From positions 5,404-69,403 of the IMG/VR virus record IMGVR_UViG_3300001199_000001: 64,000 nucleotides of DNA, one strand, 5' to 3'. Numbering within the stretch: position 1 is the first letter of the stretch; every line of letters begins with the position of its first letter. The notes beneath the pieces were generated by a model. It saw nothing but the letters and a program-made list of their open reading frames with translations. It had not been told where the DNA came from and made no database searches. Shown here one piece after another: positions 24,671 to 33,533 of the stretch. This stretch comes from a virus. Its lineage: Duplodnaviria > Heunggongvirae > Uroviricota > Caudoviricetes. The translations under genes were made by a program, and so were the position numbers.

Positions 24671-25143
24671 GACCAGTTGATCTCAAAAGACAGTTTGAAG
24701 TTGCCTTGATCCTCAAGCGGAAAGCGAGGAGGCAAGATTTCGTAACTGATTTCTTCCCGGTGGCCCTCCGACGACAGAACAAGATATCGCCGCCGCATGA
24801 CCAGCGCCGCAGGCATAGACTCACGACCATCGACGATATGGATGCTTAGGCCTTCCTCAGGCAGGAAGGTTTTATCCGAAGCGTCCCAGACACCGATCTG
24901 GTTGACGTGGAACTCCGGGTTGGCGAGCTTCACCTGCCAGAGCATGAAGAGCCGGTCCGTCGTGACGGCGACCGCACTTTCGGCGCGGATGCGGGCTATA
25001 TAATCCCGCACCAGTTGCGCGTGTGGGTTTGCCTTCGCCGCGTCCGACCAGAATTCGTCCTGAGGCTCCGCCGCCAGCAAAACCGACGGCATTAGGGAGG
25101 CGGCCCCACCTAGGGCAAGGAGTTGTCGCCTATCCATCATCAT
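24667..25143 (-). CDS. Tat-signal secreted protein (paralog B)
   Basis: MMMDRRQLLALGGAASLMPSVLLA; homologous to 21660..22130 (QIG.W...D......GL.IH..DG). Confidence 0.6.
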   Translation of the reverse strand: MMMDRRQLLALGGAASLMPSVLLAAEPQDEFWSDAAKANPHAQLVRDYIARIRAESAVAVTTDRLFMLWQVKLANPEFHVNQIGVWDASDKTFLPEEGLSIHIVDGRESMPAALVMRRRYLVLSSEGHREEISYEILPPRFPLEDQGNFKLSFEINWS

Positions 25144-25348
25144 CCTCGCTAAACGTCCAGCCCATATGGTTCAAAATTTCTTCCGGCTTGATCGGACTAT
25201 CGACCGTGCCGACGCCGATGAGCATGAAGGTGAATCTCTTGTCCTTTTTATCGACCTTATACCGCAGCCGCGAGCCATTAGGCGTGACGCTCTCGAAAGC
25301 GGTCATCGTGTGGATTTGACCTAGCTCCAGCTTACCGAAATCGCTCAC
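25130..25348 (-). CDS. hypothetical protein
   Basis: 72 aa ORF. Confidence 0.45.
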   Translation of the reverse strand: MSDFGKLELGQIHTMTAFESVTPNGSRLRYKVDKKDKRFTFMLIGVGTVDSPIKPEEILNHMGWTFSEDDDG

Positions 25349-25365
25349 GCAGGCCCCCGTGGTTA

Positions 25366-25698
25366 TCAGTGCGTCGCGAACTTAACAGTCGCCGTGGCCA
25401 AAACATCCGAAAGGGTGTCAGCCATGGCGATCTTCCGCGACACGACATCGCGCAGAAAGTCCTCGTGTTCCGGTTGGCCCATCAGGGCGTCAGCCCCTTC
25501 TTCATAGGCCGCCGCGATTTCTCGCACCTCCTCGATAAGGACATATACCTCTTCAAGAATGGACGACGGAATGTAACCATGGGCGACGCATTGCTCGACC
25601 CGGCGCACCAGTTTGACGCCCTTCTCGGTATTCTTCTCCTGCCGGTGCGAGGCCGCCAGCAGATGTCTCATCACGTCTTGTTCAGTAGCGCCGATCAT
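25366..25698 (-). CDS. hypothetical protein
   Basis: AAGGAG RBS before internal ATG 25698. Confidence 0.5.
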   Translation of the reverse strand: MIGATEQDVMRHLLAASHRQEKNTEKGVKLVRRVEQCVAHGYIPSSILEEVYVLIEEVREIAAAYEEGADALMGQPEHEDFLRDVVSRKIAMADTLSDVLATATVKFATH

Positions 25699-25795
25699 GT
25701 CTACTCCTTTGGTTGCCGGAGGTTTTCTCGGTACCCTCACCCCGGCCTTTGGGTTGTGCGCGCAAAGCAGATGGAGGGCTACTCGCGCACCAAGC

Positions 25796-26008
25796 CTAAC
25801 TCACAGTGATGTTAATGGATTCGACGGGAACGCCGAGACGAACAGCAAGCGCTTCTCGCGCTTCTTGGATAGTCACTTCGACCGCCTGCGCCGGGAAGGC
25901 CTGCGCGGCGGTGAAGTGTGAGGTCTTAAACAGGGGATCGAGAAAACCCTCTGGCGAGACAGTCTGATCTGCCGGACGGTCTTGTTCGATTTTCGAATCG
26001 CCGGTCAT
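25796..26008 (-). CDS. hypothetical protein
   Basis: AGGAGA RBS; TTGACA-N16-TAGTCT promoter at about 26030-26057. Confidence 0.5.
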   Translation of the reverse strand: MTGDSKIEQDRPADQTVSPEGFLDPLFKTSHFTAAQAFPAQAVEVTIQEAREALAVRLGVPVESINITVS

Positions 26009-26075
26009 GTCAACGTCTCCTGAAGTTAAAGACTACTTCCTCGCGGCGGGCCTGTCAATGTGTTACCAGCGGAAA

Positions 26076-26687
26076 TTATGCTCCCGCAAGGCGAGCGTAC
26101 AGATCGTCTCGTAATGTGGAATTGGACAGCTTGCGGCTGGAATAGCTGTCCGTCTCCGCGCGTGGCACCGCATAGAGGATATGCGGCTCTAGGAACTTTG
26201 GGATTTCGGGGGGCTCTGACATCGTCTCCGGCATCTCCGCTTCGGCCATAACGAAATTGATCGCTGCACCCGCCAGGAAGAAATCGATATCCCACCGCAC
26301 ACGTAAACCGCCCTTCACGGTCTGCACGTCAGTCAGGCGGTATTTAGCCAGCCGGTGTGTCGTGTGCGGCCATAAAAGGTTGTATTCATGCGCCGACAAA
26401 TCCTTCTCGATCTCAAAGAACATACCTTCCACCGGCAGCTTGTAGGTGAAGGTGAACTTGTGACCACGTGGGCTGAGCTTGCGGCGGATGCGCCCCTTGC
26501 CCGGCAGATAGCCCTGATCGATCATCTCTTCGCTGTAGTTCAGGCGTTTGCGTATGGGCTCGACGCTGTCGAGGCGCAAAACGTATTTGAGTTCGTTCTC
26601 GATCAAATCAGCACCGCCAGAAGATAGACAAAAGCTACAACAGGCCAGAACAAGGCGTTCGTCAGCGCCGTATACAGCGCCCGCCAT
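26076..26687 (-). CDS. CYTH-like (triphosphate tunnel metalloenzyme) domain protein; start uncertain
   Basis: LIENELKYVL resembles CYTH N-terminal EIERKFLV; repeated E.E/K.K motifs. Confidence 0.4.
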   Translation of the reverse strand: MAGAVYGADERLVLACCSFCLSSGGADLIENELKYVLRLDSVEPIRKRLNYSEEMIDQGYLPGKGRIRRKLSPRGHKFTFTYKLPVEGMFFEIEKDLSAHEYNLLWPHTTHRLAKYRLTDVQTVKGGLRVRWDIDFFLAGAAINFVMAEAEMPETMSEPPEIPKFLEPHILYAVPRAETDSYSSRKLSNSTLRDDLYARLAGA

Positions 26688-26803
26688 GGTTTCGTGTCAT
26701 CGTGGGCCATGTCAGCGATAAACGACCAGACGAAAACGAGCGCCGATATGCTGAAATAGGCCAGCACTCCCGTGCGCAGCCAATCGATGTCGTGCAAGTT
26801 CAT
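26603..26803 (-). CDS. small membrane protein
   Basis: MNLHDIDWLRTGVLAYFSISALVFVWSFIA... Confidence 0.45.
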   Translation of the reverse strand: MNLHDIDWLRTGVLAYFSISALVFVWSFIADMAHDDTKPWRALYTALTNALFWPVVAFVYLLAVLI

Positions 26804-27108
26804 GGCGGCGCTCCTATCGTCAGCGCCACGGCGCCGTTGCCAAACAGTGATTCCTGACAGGCCCGACAAGCGTAGGTGATGCCCTCTATATAGGCGTGGG
26901 CTCCAAAAGCCGTGTGACCAGCAAGAGCGATGGCCATCGTCTCGGCATGCCCCGGCTGATCACATATCGTCCTGCATTTGATGTAACCCTCGCCCGGCAA
27001 ACGCGGACAAACCGCTTGCGGCTTGTTACAAGCGTTTTCCCCAACGACGCGCCGCCCGTCCGGGAAGACCAGGGTGCAGAGCACGACAGTTTTGGCGCAA
27101 GGCCCCAT
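26800..27108 (-). CDS. cytidine/deoxycytidylate deaminase-family zinc-binding protein
   Basis: GHAETMAI (HAE) and ACRACQESL (PCxxC) motifs; ATGA coupling. Confidence 0.6.
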   Translation of the reverse strand: MGPCAKTVVLCTLVFPDGRRVVGENACNKPQAVCPRLPGEGYIKCRTICDQPGHAETMAIALAGHTAFGAHAYIEGITYACRACQESLFGNGAVALTIGAPP

Positions 27109-27440
27109 CAGCGCATGCCTTGCGGCAGGTACTGCGCCATGAATTCGGTCTCCAGCGCCTTGCTGGGGAAGCTGAAAGTAGGCATCCGACTGATCGGGTC
27201 GACGTAATATTTCACCGTCGGATGCTGCTGCAACCACTCACGCACGCCCAGCAGCAAGACAGGCGGCACCCGACCGGCATGAGCAGGCTCGGTCAACCGC
27301 CAGTTCTTCCACATCGCGGTCGCTTCAAGTTGAAGATAGAAAATGCCCTCATGATTATATCGCCGCATGTCGGGTCTCTTCGGCCAGCGCGTCAAAAACA
27401 CAAAGGCCCGCCCCGAAGGGCGGGCCTCGATTAAGTTCAA
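27108..27440 (-). CDS. hypothetical protein
   Basis: 110 aa ORF; start possibly at 27365. Confidence 0.45.
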   Translation of the reverse strand: MNLIEARPSGRAFVFLTRWPKRPDMRRYNHEGIFYLQLEATAMWKNWRLTEPAHAGRVPPVLLLGVREWLQQHPTVKYYVDPISRMPTFSFPSKALETEFMAQYLPQGMR

Positions 27441-27450
27441 CCTTACTGTC

Positions 27451-28518
27451 TTACCTGACAGCAGTCAACACATTTGGGTTGGGCGCGGTGCGTCTCTGTG
27501 CGTTCGTGTAAGTGAACGGCGCTGTGACTTTTTGCGGATCGCGCGTGACGGGATAGCCCGTAATTTCGGTCGGCCATTGGGCAACCTTATATACCCGCAT
27601 CGAGCGGCGTGTACGACCCGCGACGAAGTCGTTCCAAGCCGTACTAATCAACCCGAACCAAGTGTCCACGTTGAGTGACGAACCGCGACGCAGATTGAGC
27701 GTAACATTGCGCAGCGCTAGGATCGGACTGCCCTTTTCGAGTTCCGCCCCCGACGAAAGCTTGGCAAGAAATTCCGACCACTTGTCGGCATACTCGCCGG
27801 ATGCTGTCGCCATCCAGCCGACCGCGCTGAGCGCCGACATCGAGACTGGCGGTCTGGCGGTATCGATTTTGGAGACGATCTGCTGGATTTCGGGGTGTTG
27901 GCGTACGAAATCGAGCATTTCGTTCTTACTGATCGTATTGTTCCGTGTAGGCAGCAACTGGTTCCACGTGATGATCAGGCGGACCGCAGCGGCGACCTTG
28001 GTCGCTTGGACGATGCCAGCGCCGCTGAGCGTGTCGGAGGCGCTGCGCTTGGCGCCTTGGTCCAGGGTGGAGAAAGTGTCTTCTTCGAGACCGCGAACGA
28101 CCATCATGCGAACCGGGGTCTTGGCGAGGAGGACGGCGGTGAGGCGGTGTTGACCGTTCAGGAGGCGACCGTTGCTAGCAAATTGAATGGGCTCGCCATT
28201 CATCTTCCACATGCCCATGCTCATTTGCCGGGCGAGAGATTCGACATGTTTGCGTCGAATAGGGCGGTTGCCCCAATTGGTGGTCGACAGATACTGATCG
28301 GCGACCTCCGGAGTGATAATTTCGTCCGACCACGAAAGGTGGGATGCGACGTGAACTGATTTGGACTTCGCAGCGGCCATGCCGTTACCTCCTGAGTTGA
28401 TGGTTTCTAACTCATAGTCGCCTTCGTTTCCCGTTGTCAACTCATTAGTGACAGCCTCGATGAACTGAGATTGGGGAGGCTTGGTCCGCCTCGAAAAGAT
28501 CAAATCCATTAGACTCAT
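27451..28518 (-). CDS. ParB-like nuclease domain (ParBc/DUF262-like) protein
   Basis: NGRLLNGQHRLTAV motif resembles DGQ(Q/H)R of ParB/DUF262. Confidence 0.5.
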   Translation of the reverse strand: MSLMDLIFSRRTKPPQSQFIEAVTNELTTGNEGDYELETINSGGNGMAAAKSKSVHVASHLSWSDEIITPEVADQYLSTTNWGNRPIRRKHVESLARQMSMGMWKMNGEPIQFASNGRLLNGQHRLTAVLLAKTPVRMMVVRGLEEDTFSTLDQGAKRSASDTLSGAGIVQATKVAAAVRLIITWNQLLPTRNNTISKNEMLDFVRQHPEIQQIVSKIDTARPPVSMSALSAVGWMATASGEYADKWSEFLAKLSSGAELEKGSPILALRNVTLNLRRGSSLNVDTWFGLISTAWNDFVAGRTRRSMRVYKVAQWPTEITGYPVTRDPQKVTAPFTYTNAQRRTAPNPNVLTAVR

Positions 28519-29630
28519 ACAACCACCCCTCCGTTGGCTGGGTTTTCCCGCACGACGCCGGTCCGTTCGTTGGGCGGGAAACAGAGAGAATAATGCAGAC
28601 CGGTGAAACGATATTCGAGGCGGGCGATGCCGTTGACCTCATTGGGTAGGCCCCTGGTCAAAAGACGCGTTCCGAAGGATGTTTTTTTAGGCCGTTCGAC
28701 ATACGGTCCGCCGCTCTCGTCCCAGCCCAGGCAAATCTCATTTTCACTGACGTGGACGCTGAGATTGACTGCGCCGTTGTATTCCGCGCTCCACGCCCCG
28801 TGCTTGGCGGCGTTAGTGGCCAATTCATGTAAGGCCATGCCAATCGACACCGCGTAATTCGGGTGAAGTTCGATATCCTTGCCGACCACCGTATAAACCT
28901 TGCCGTAAGGTGCGAGCAGGCGGTCGACCAACTCCCGGAAAAACACATGCGACCAGTGATGCTCGACTAGCAGATTATGGGTTTGCGAGAGCGCCATGAG
29001 ACGCTTCTCGAACGTCATCGCGAACTGCTCCTTCGACTCCGCCGCGCGCAAGGTCTGCTGGGCGATGGACTGCACCGACGCGAGTGTGTTCTTGACGCGG
29101 TGGTTCAGTTCGTCGATCAGCAGTTGCTGCCTACGATCATGCTCCTTCAGCGCAATCATCTCGTCCGATTTCTGCTGTAGCGCTAGGTAGGCGGCTTCCC
29201 GGTCACGCAACGCTTCGTCCTTCGCTCGAATCTGGTTTTCGAGCATTGAGGGAGAGGGTATCGCAAGCAGTTGCGGCGTCAAGGGCATCAACATTAATGC
29301 CGTAATCACTGACACTGAGGCGGTGACAGCCTTGAGCAAGGCCTCCACTCCGTAGTGTGGGTTCCACAGCGTCCAGATGGAAAAGAAGTGGGTCGTGCCG
29401 CAGAGCAGGATGAACGACACGAACAGCCAGCCCATCCACCCAAAGCTCAAACCCCTCCGCTTCAATAAGAAATAACCGATGGCGAACGGAATCGAATAAT
29501 ACGCCAGCCCGATAAGCACGTCGGAAGCGACATGGACAATGAGGATGTCAGGGCGCCATAATAAGCAGAGCCCGTGGGGATTTAGAAACTCGGAATCGAA
29601 GAAATATCGAATCCGTTCAATGATATTCAT
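28515..29630 (-). CDS. membrane-anchored HWE (HisKA_2) sensor histidine kinase
   Basis: N-terminal multi-TM domain; ELNHRVKNTLASVQSIAQQT H-box; C-terminal ATPase. Confidence 0.75.
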   Translation of the reverse strand: MNIIERIRYFFDSEFLNPHGLCLLWRPDILIVHVASDVLIGLAYYSIPFAIGYFLLKRRGLSFGWMGWLFVSFILLCGTTHFFSIWTLWNPHYGVEALLKAVTASVSVITALMLMPLTPQLLAIPSPSMLENQIRAKDEALRDREAAYLALQQKSDEMIALKEHDRRQQLLIDELNHRVKNTLASVQSIAQQTLRAAESKEQFAMTFEKRLMALSQTHNLLVEHHWSHVFFRELVDRLLAPYGKVYTVVGKDIELHPNYAVSIGMALHELATNAAKHGAWSAEYNGAVNLSVHVSENEICLGWDESGGPYVERPKKTSFGTRLLTRGLPNEVNGIARLEYRFTGLHYSLCFPPNERTGVVRENPANGGVVV

Positions 29631-29707
29631 GCAGCCGTCACATTAGCTAACCTTGCGGCCTAGCATACGGCGAAACCGCATATAAATCCACTGACAAAGC
29701 TAAAAAG

Positions 29708-29742
29708 AAAAGGGACCCGTTTCACGGGTCCCTTTCCAGTTT
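29708..29742 (-). terminator. rho-independent terminator (bidirectional hairpin)
   Basis: GGGACCCG-tttca-CGGGTCCC stem; T-run on minus strand after stem. Confidence 0.6.
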
Positions 29743-29762
29743 TCAGCCAGGAGGCGAGAAGT

Positions 29763-30281
29763 TTAGGCTTCTTCGGCGTCCGGGGCGGGCGTGACGAACG
29801 GAGCTTCGTCAGGTTGCGGCTCAACCGGGGCCGGTTCTTCGACCGGAGGAGCGGGCTCAGGATCGACCGGAGCAGGCTCTTCAACCGGAGGAGCGGGCTC
29901 AGGGTCGACTGGCGCAGGCTCTTCAACCGGCGGCAGGGGCTCAGGATCAACCGGAGCCGGTTCTGCCGGGGTGTTGGCCGAGATGGCGGCGGCGAGGGCT
30001 GCTTGCGCGCCGTCGAGTTCACCAGCAAGGGCTTCCAGCGCAGCCGGGTCGTCCTTGAGAGCGCGAATTTGATCGGCGAGACCAGCGATCATAACAACGG
30101 CGCTAGCCATCACTTCTTTGGTTTCGGCGACTTCGAGAGTCAGTTTGTCAAGTGCAGCAGTCATAGCTGTGAGTTTCCCGTCATTGGATTGTAGGAGAGC
30201 AATGATCAGGGAGAGCTTTTCAACCGCCGAGGTAAGTAATTGTCCGGACAGGTTTACATTAAAGTCTATAGAAATGTTCAC
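29763..30281 (-). CDS. coiled-coil protein with C-terminal proline-rich 14-aa repeats (GTG start)
   Basis: VEEPAPVDPEPAPP x3.5. Confidence 0.55.
   Translation of the reverse strand: MNISIDFNVNLSGQLLTSAVEKLSLIIALLQSNDGKLTAMTAALDKLTLEVAETKEVMASAVVMIAGLADQIRALKDDPAALEALAGELDGAQAALAAAISANTPAEPAPVDPEPLPPVEEPAPVDPEPAPPVEEPAPVDPEPAPPVEEPAPVEPQPDEAPFVTPAPDAEEA
29820..29965. repeat. 42-bp tandem repeat (about 3.4 copies) encoding Pro-rich repeats
   Basis: ttcaaccggaggagcgggctcagg(g/a)tcgac(c/t)gg(a/c)gcaggctc units. Confidence 0.7.
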
Positions 30282-30361
30282 GAAGCCGCCCCTCTGATCT
30301 TCGGGAAGCTAGCTAAAAATCGTGTTTAATTTATGTTATTATGACTTACTTCTTTGAATAC

Positions 30362-30571
30362 TTAAACGATGACGCCTCGCATCAATTTAGCCGATTTCAC
30401 GCTCTGATAATGCCCCCGCGATGATATCGGCTGACGCTCAATCAGCGACTTCGCGTAATGTCGGGCCATGCCACGATATTCAGCCTCGATCTCGATCTTC
30501 GTACCGCAACTGAAGGTCACCAGCCATTGGCGCATGGTGGGGTTCTTGGGTCTGTCGGGGCGTGTCGCCAT
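30362..30571 (-). CDS. hypothetical protein
   Basis: start MATRPD with ATGA coupling. Confidence 0.4.
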   Translation of the reverse strand: MATRPDRPKNPTMRQWLVTFSCGTKIEIEAEYRGMARHYAKSLIERQPISSRGHYQSVKSAKLMRGVIV

Positions 30572-30771
30572 CAGAATGACCATACGTAATCTTCGTCGCC
30601 AATCTCCTTGGCGTCCGGACCAACGGGATAGGGATTGCCCTTTAGTTTCGCATCGCAGCCGTGACACTCAGTTTCCATCTGAACGCCGTCCATACACACT
30701 TGGATGTGACACTCAAGACAGGTGAATTCGGTACGCCACGGCACGCCTAGCGGGTAGATAGGCTTAGGCAT
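30571..30771 (-). CDS. Cys/His-rich small protein
   Basis: MPKPIYPLGVPWRTEFTCLECHIQVCMDGVQMETECHGCDAKLKG. Confidence 0.45.
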   Translation of the reverse strand: MPKPIYPLGVPWRTEFTCLECHIQVCMDGVQMETECHGCDAKLKGNPYPVGPDAKEIGDEDYVWSF

Positions 30772-30926
30772 GCGCCTGCTTCTTGAACGTGACGCTCGCA
30801 CCGTCCTTGGACAGGGAGCCGATGAGATCGTCCCCCTCCACCCAGCCTAAGCGTTCAATAATATCGCCGGGGATAGCGACGAGCAGTTCACCGGTCTCAG
30901 GGTCTTCTTCAATTTGTGCACGCATC

Positions 30927-31157
30927 TCAGCGATCCGGAAAGCGGTAAACGTTGCAGTCTTGGGGCGCAGAGGAATCCCTCAGTCGGGCAAGTTCCTGCG
31001 CGTAATCGAGTAGAAGAAGTCTTGGATGATCGTATTCCCGTTCAGCGAGTTCTACGATCTTGGCAGCGACAGCGTGGGCGATGCCCGGCTGGGTGTTGCC
31101 TCTGTGGATAAGTCCGGCCGCCAAAGCGTTGATATGTTCGCGATCACCGAATGCCAT
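30927..31157 (-). CDS. hypothetical protein
   Basis: 76 aa ORF. Confidence 0.45.
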   Translation of the reverse strand: MAFGDREHINALAAGLIHRGNTQPGIAHAVAAKIVELAEREYDHPRLLLLDYAQELARLRDSSAPQDCNVYRFPDR

Positions 31158-31211
31158 TTTGCCTACTCCCTAGGAACTAGGGAGGGGACGCATCCCCTCC
31201 CTTAACTGAAA

Positions 31212-32683
31212 TTATGCGTTCGCCCCGTTTCCGTTCGGCTTGCGCTTGGCCGGGACGACGGTCTCATTCGGGTGGAGCGTACCCACCGCCTTAGTGACGA
31301 TGGCCTGCCCCTCAGGTGTCTGTGCAAGGCCGGTTAGCATGGAGCCGATAGCCTGACCGCCCTTCGACGAGAACAGATCAGTGATCTTGCCGATGCCGGT
31401 CTGCACGTCGCCGCCGTTGACGATTACCTTCACGTCCGCCGCCTTGATGGCTTCGGCTTGCGCCACCCCGACGACTTGGTTGGCCTTCACCTGCTCGACA
31501 CTGACCAGATAGGTTTGATAGCCGGTGTTGCCGCCGATCTCACGGGCCAATTCCATCTGTGGCGCCACTTCAGCCAGTCCCTTGGCTTTCACGGCTTCAG
31601 CTTCGGCGAGGCCTCGCGCCTGAATGCCTTGAGCTTCCTTGATGGATTCTTCGAGGTTGCCTTCGGCGATCAAAATGGTCTGGTTTTTCTCGCCTTCGGC
31701 TTCGATTCGACGGCGTTCACGAACCGCTTCGGCGTCCACAACGGCGACATTCTTGTCCTGCTCGGCCTTAACCTCAGCCACCGCCTTGTCTTGCTGCGCC
31801 TTGATTTCAGCTACCTGCCGGTTGATCTCGGCGGCCCGTGTCATCTCGACCTGCTTGACCGCGTAATCTTTCTCGGCGGTGGTGCGGGATTCTTCGAGAA
31901 CCTGTTGCTCAGACCGCTGCTTCGCGATGCCGACGGCCTGCTCTTGCTGCGCGGTACGCTCGCCGACCTGTTGTGCGGCTTCCTGTCCAGCCAGATCGAT
32001 CTGACGGCGAGCTTCGATTTCACGCTCTTCGGCTTCGCGATGGTTTTCCGCAACAGCGACGCGGCTTTCCTTCTCGATGCGGGATTTCTCTTTGGCCATG
32101 ATGTTCTCAATGACCTTCGAGCCGTTTGAGTCACGGATGTCCATGAACTCGATGGTCTTGACCGTCTGAACGCCCCATTCCTTCAACTGTCCGTCGACTT
32201 CGGAAGTGAAACGCTCACCGAGCGACGAGCGGTCATGCATGATCGTCTCAAGCTGAGACTGTCCAAGCACGGTCCGGACGGCACCTTGCAGCACGGCGTG
32301 AAGCTGTTCAGTCAGTTCGGCGAAGTTGGCGACGCGGTGCGCGGCTACGTCCGAATCAGCGATCCGGAAGAAGGCCATGACATCGACGCGAAACGGCAGG
32401 CGTCCCTGGTCATAAGCTTCGTAATCCTTCAAGCCGACGTTGAAGACGCTCTCAGGAAGCTCGACCTGCGTGACGCCGAAGAACGGAACGAAACCGGGGA
32501 TTTCATAATAGACGTTCCCGGCTGTCCGGCCCTTGCCGTAGGAAGTCGTTGCTCGGCGTGATTGAACGATGTGCACCATATTGGTTGGTACGACCCGGCG
32601 CAGCACCATCATGATGATGGTTACGAGGACAACGAGGCCAAGCGCCACGCCTCCCCCGATCATTGCAATAATACTACCCATGA
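31212..32683 (-). CDS. SPFH/band-7 (flotillin-like, YqiK-type) protein with long coiled coil
   Basis: N-terminal TM, SPFH core, EA-rich coiled coil; GGAG RBS before ATG 32683. Confidence 0.7.
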
Positions 32684-32697
32684 CTCTGATGCTCCGG

Positions 32698-33252
32698 TTA
32701 TTTTCTGAGGTTTTTGGTGTCGACCTTGACCAAGGCGTCAAGGTGCTTATCGACAGAGGCGACGGCCTCATCACGAAGCTGCTCTTTCATCGCGCCGATG
32801 ATGTTGACGGCGTTCTGCTTGACGAGGTCGATAAAGGCCTCGCTGACGAACTTGCCGACCATCCATTCGGCGCGCGTCTTAGCGCCTTGTTTGTCGTAGT
32901 AGCCGCTGCTGGAAGAGAGTTCCTTGCCGCTCTTGTCGACAAGCTTAGACCAGAAGTCCTTCGATTTTTCGTTCAAGGTATCGCGGATGCTGATCGGCTG
33001 ACCGGCAGCTTGGCCATAAATATCGACAGGCTGGATCGGCTGCGTGAGCATAGACTCAAGCCGGTCATTGAGGAGGTCGTCGATCTTCGATGTGATCTTC
33101 GCGCCTATCGCCTCATCGACGCGTTTATCAATCAAACGACCAACGCGGTCGCCAACGTAGCCGGACGATGCGGCATCATCAGCTAGCTTCCGAGCGGCGC
33201 GCTCAAGGATTTGCTCGCGGATTTCTTCTTGGGAAAGGCCAAGGTCGATCAT
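32698..33252 (-). CDS. hypothetical protein
   Basis: 184 aa ORF. Confidence 0.55.
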   Translation of the reverse strand: MIDLGLSQEEIREQILERAARKLADDAASSGYVGDRVGRLIDKRVDEAIGAKITSKIDDLLNDRLESMLTQPIQPVDIYGQAAGQPISIRDTLNEKSKDFWSKLVDKSGKELSSSSGYYDKQGAKTRAEWMVGKFVSEAFIDLVKQNAVNIIGAMKEQLRDEAVASVDKHLDALVKVDTKNLRK

Positions 33253-33253
33253 G

Positions 33254-33424
33254 TCAGTCCTCTTGGGGTCGGAAAATGATGCCCCTGTCTTCCAGTTGCT
33301 TGTGAACGCGGTTTGAACCCATGTAATACGCAGCCCACATCAATGACCGGATTTTTGCCACGCTCATGCTGTCACTCAAGGCAAGGTCGCAGAATTCATC
33401 GAGGGGGTGGGAACTGTCAGTCAT
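33254..33424 (-). CDS. hypothetical protein (internal start)
   Basis: MTDSSHPLDEF...; ORF open from 33496. Confidence 0.35.
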   Translation of the reverse strand: MTDSSHPLDEFCDLALSDSMSVAKIRSLMWAAYYMGSNRVHKQLEDRGIIFRPQED

Positions 33425-33533
33425 CGTCCGCCCACTCGGCGTCACAGACGGGACATTTCCAATAGCCTTTGGCTGGGACCTTATCACCGTCTCCACAGCC
33501 TAGGCAGGGCTCTAGGTCTTCTTCGTCGTCCAT
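33417..33533 (-). CDS. 38-aa zinc-ribbon micro-protein
   Basis: MDDEEDLEPCLGCGDGDKVPAKGYWKCPVCDAEWADDD; ATGA coupling to upstream gene. Confidence 0.4.
   Translation of the reverse strand: MDDEEDLEPCLGCGDGDKVPAKGYWKCPVCDAEWADDD

Noticed and set aside
31458-32129. 223-aa plus ORF rich in Leu/Asp/Gly
   Set aside because: It is antisense to the coiled-coil region of the flotillin-like gene. The repeat-driven open frame is an artefact.
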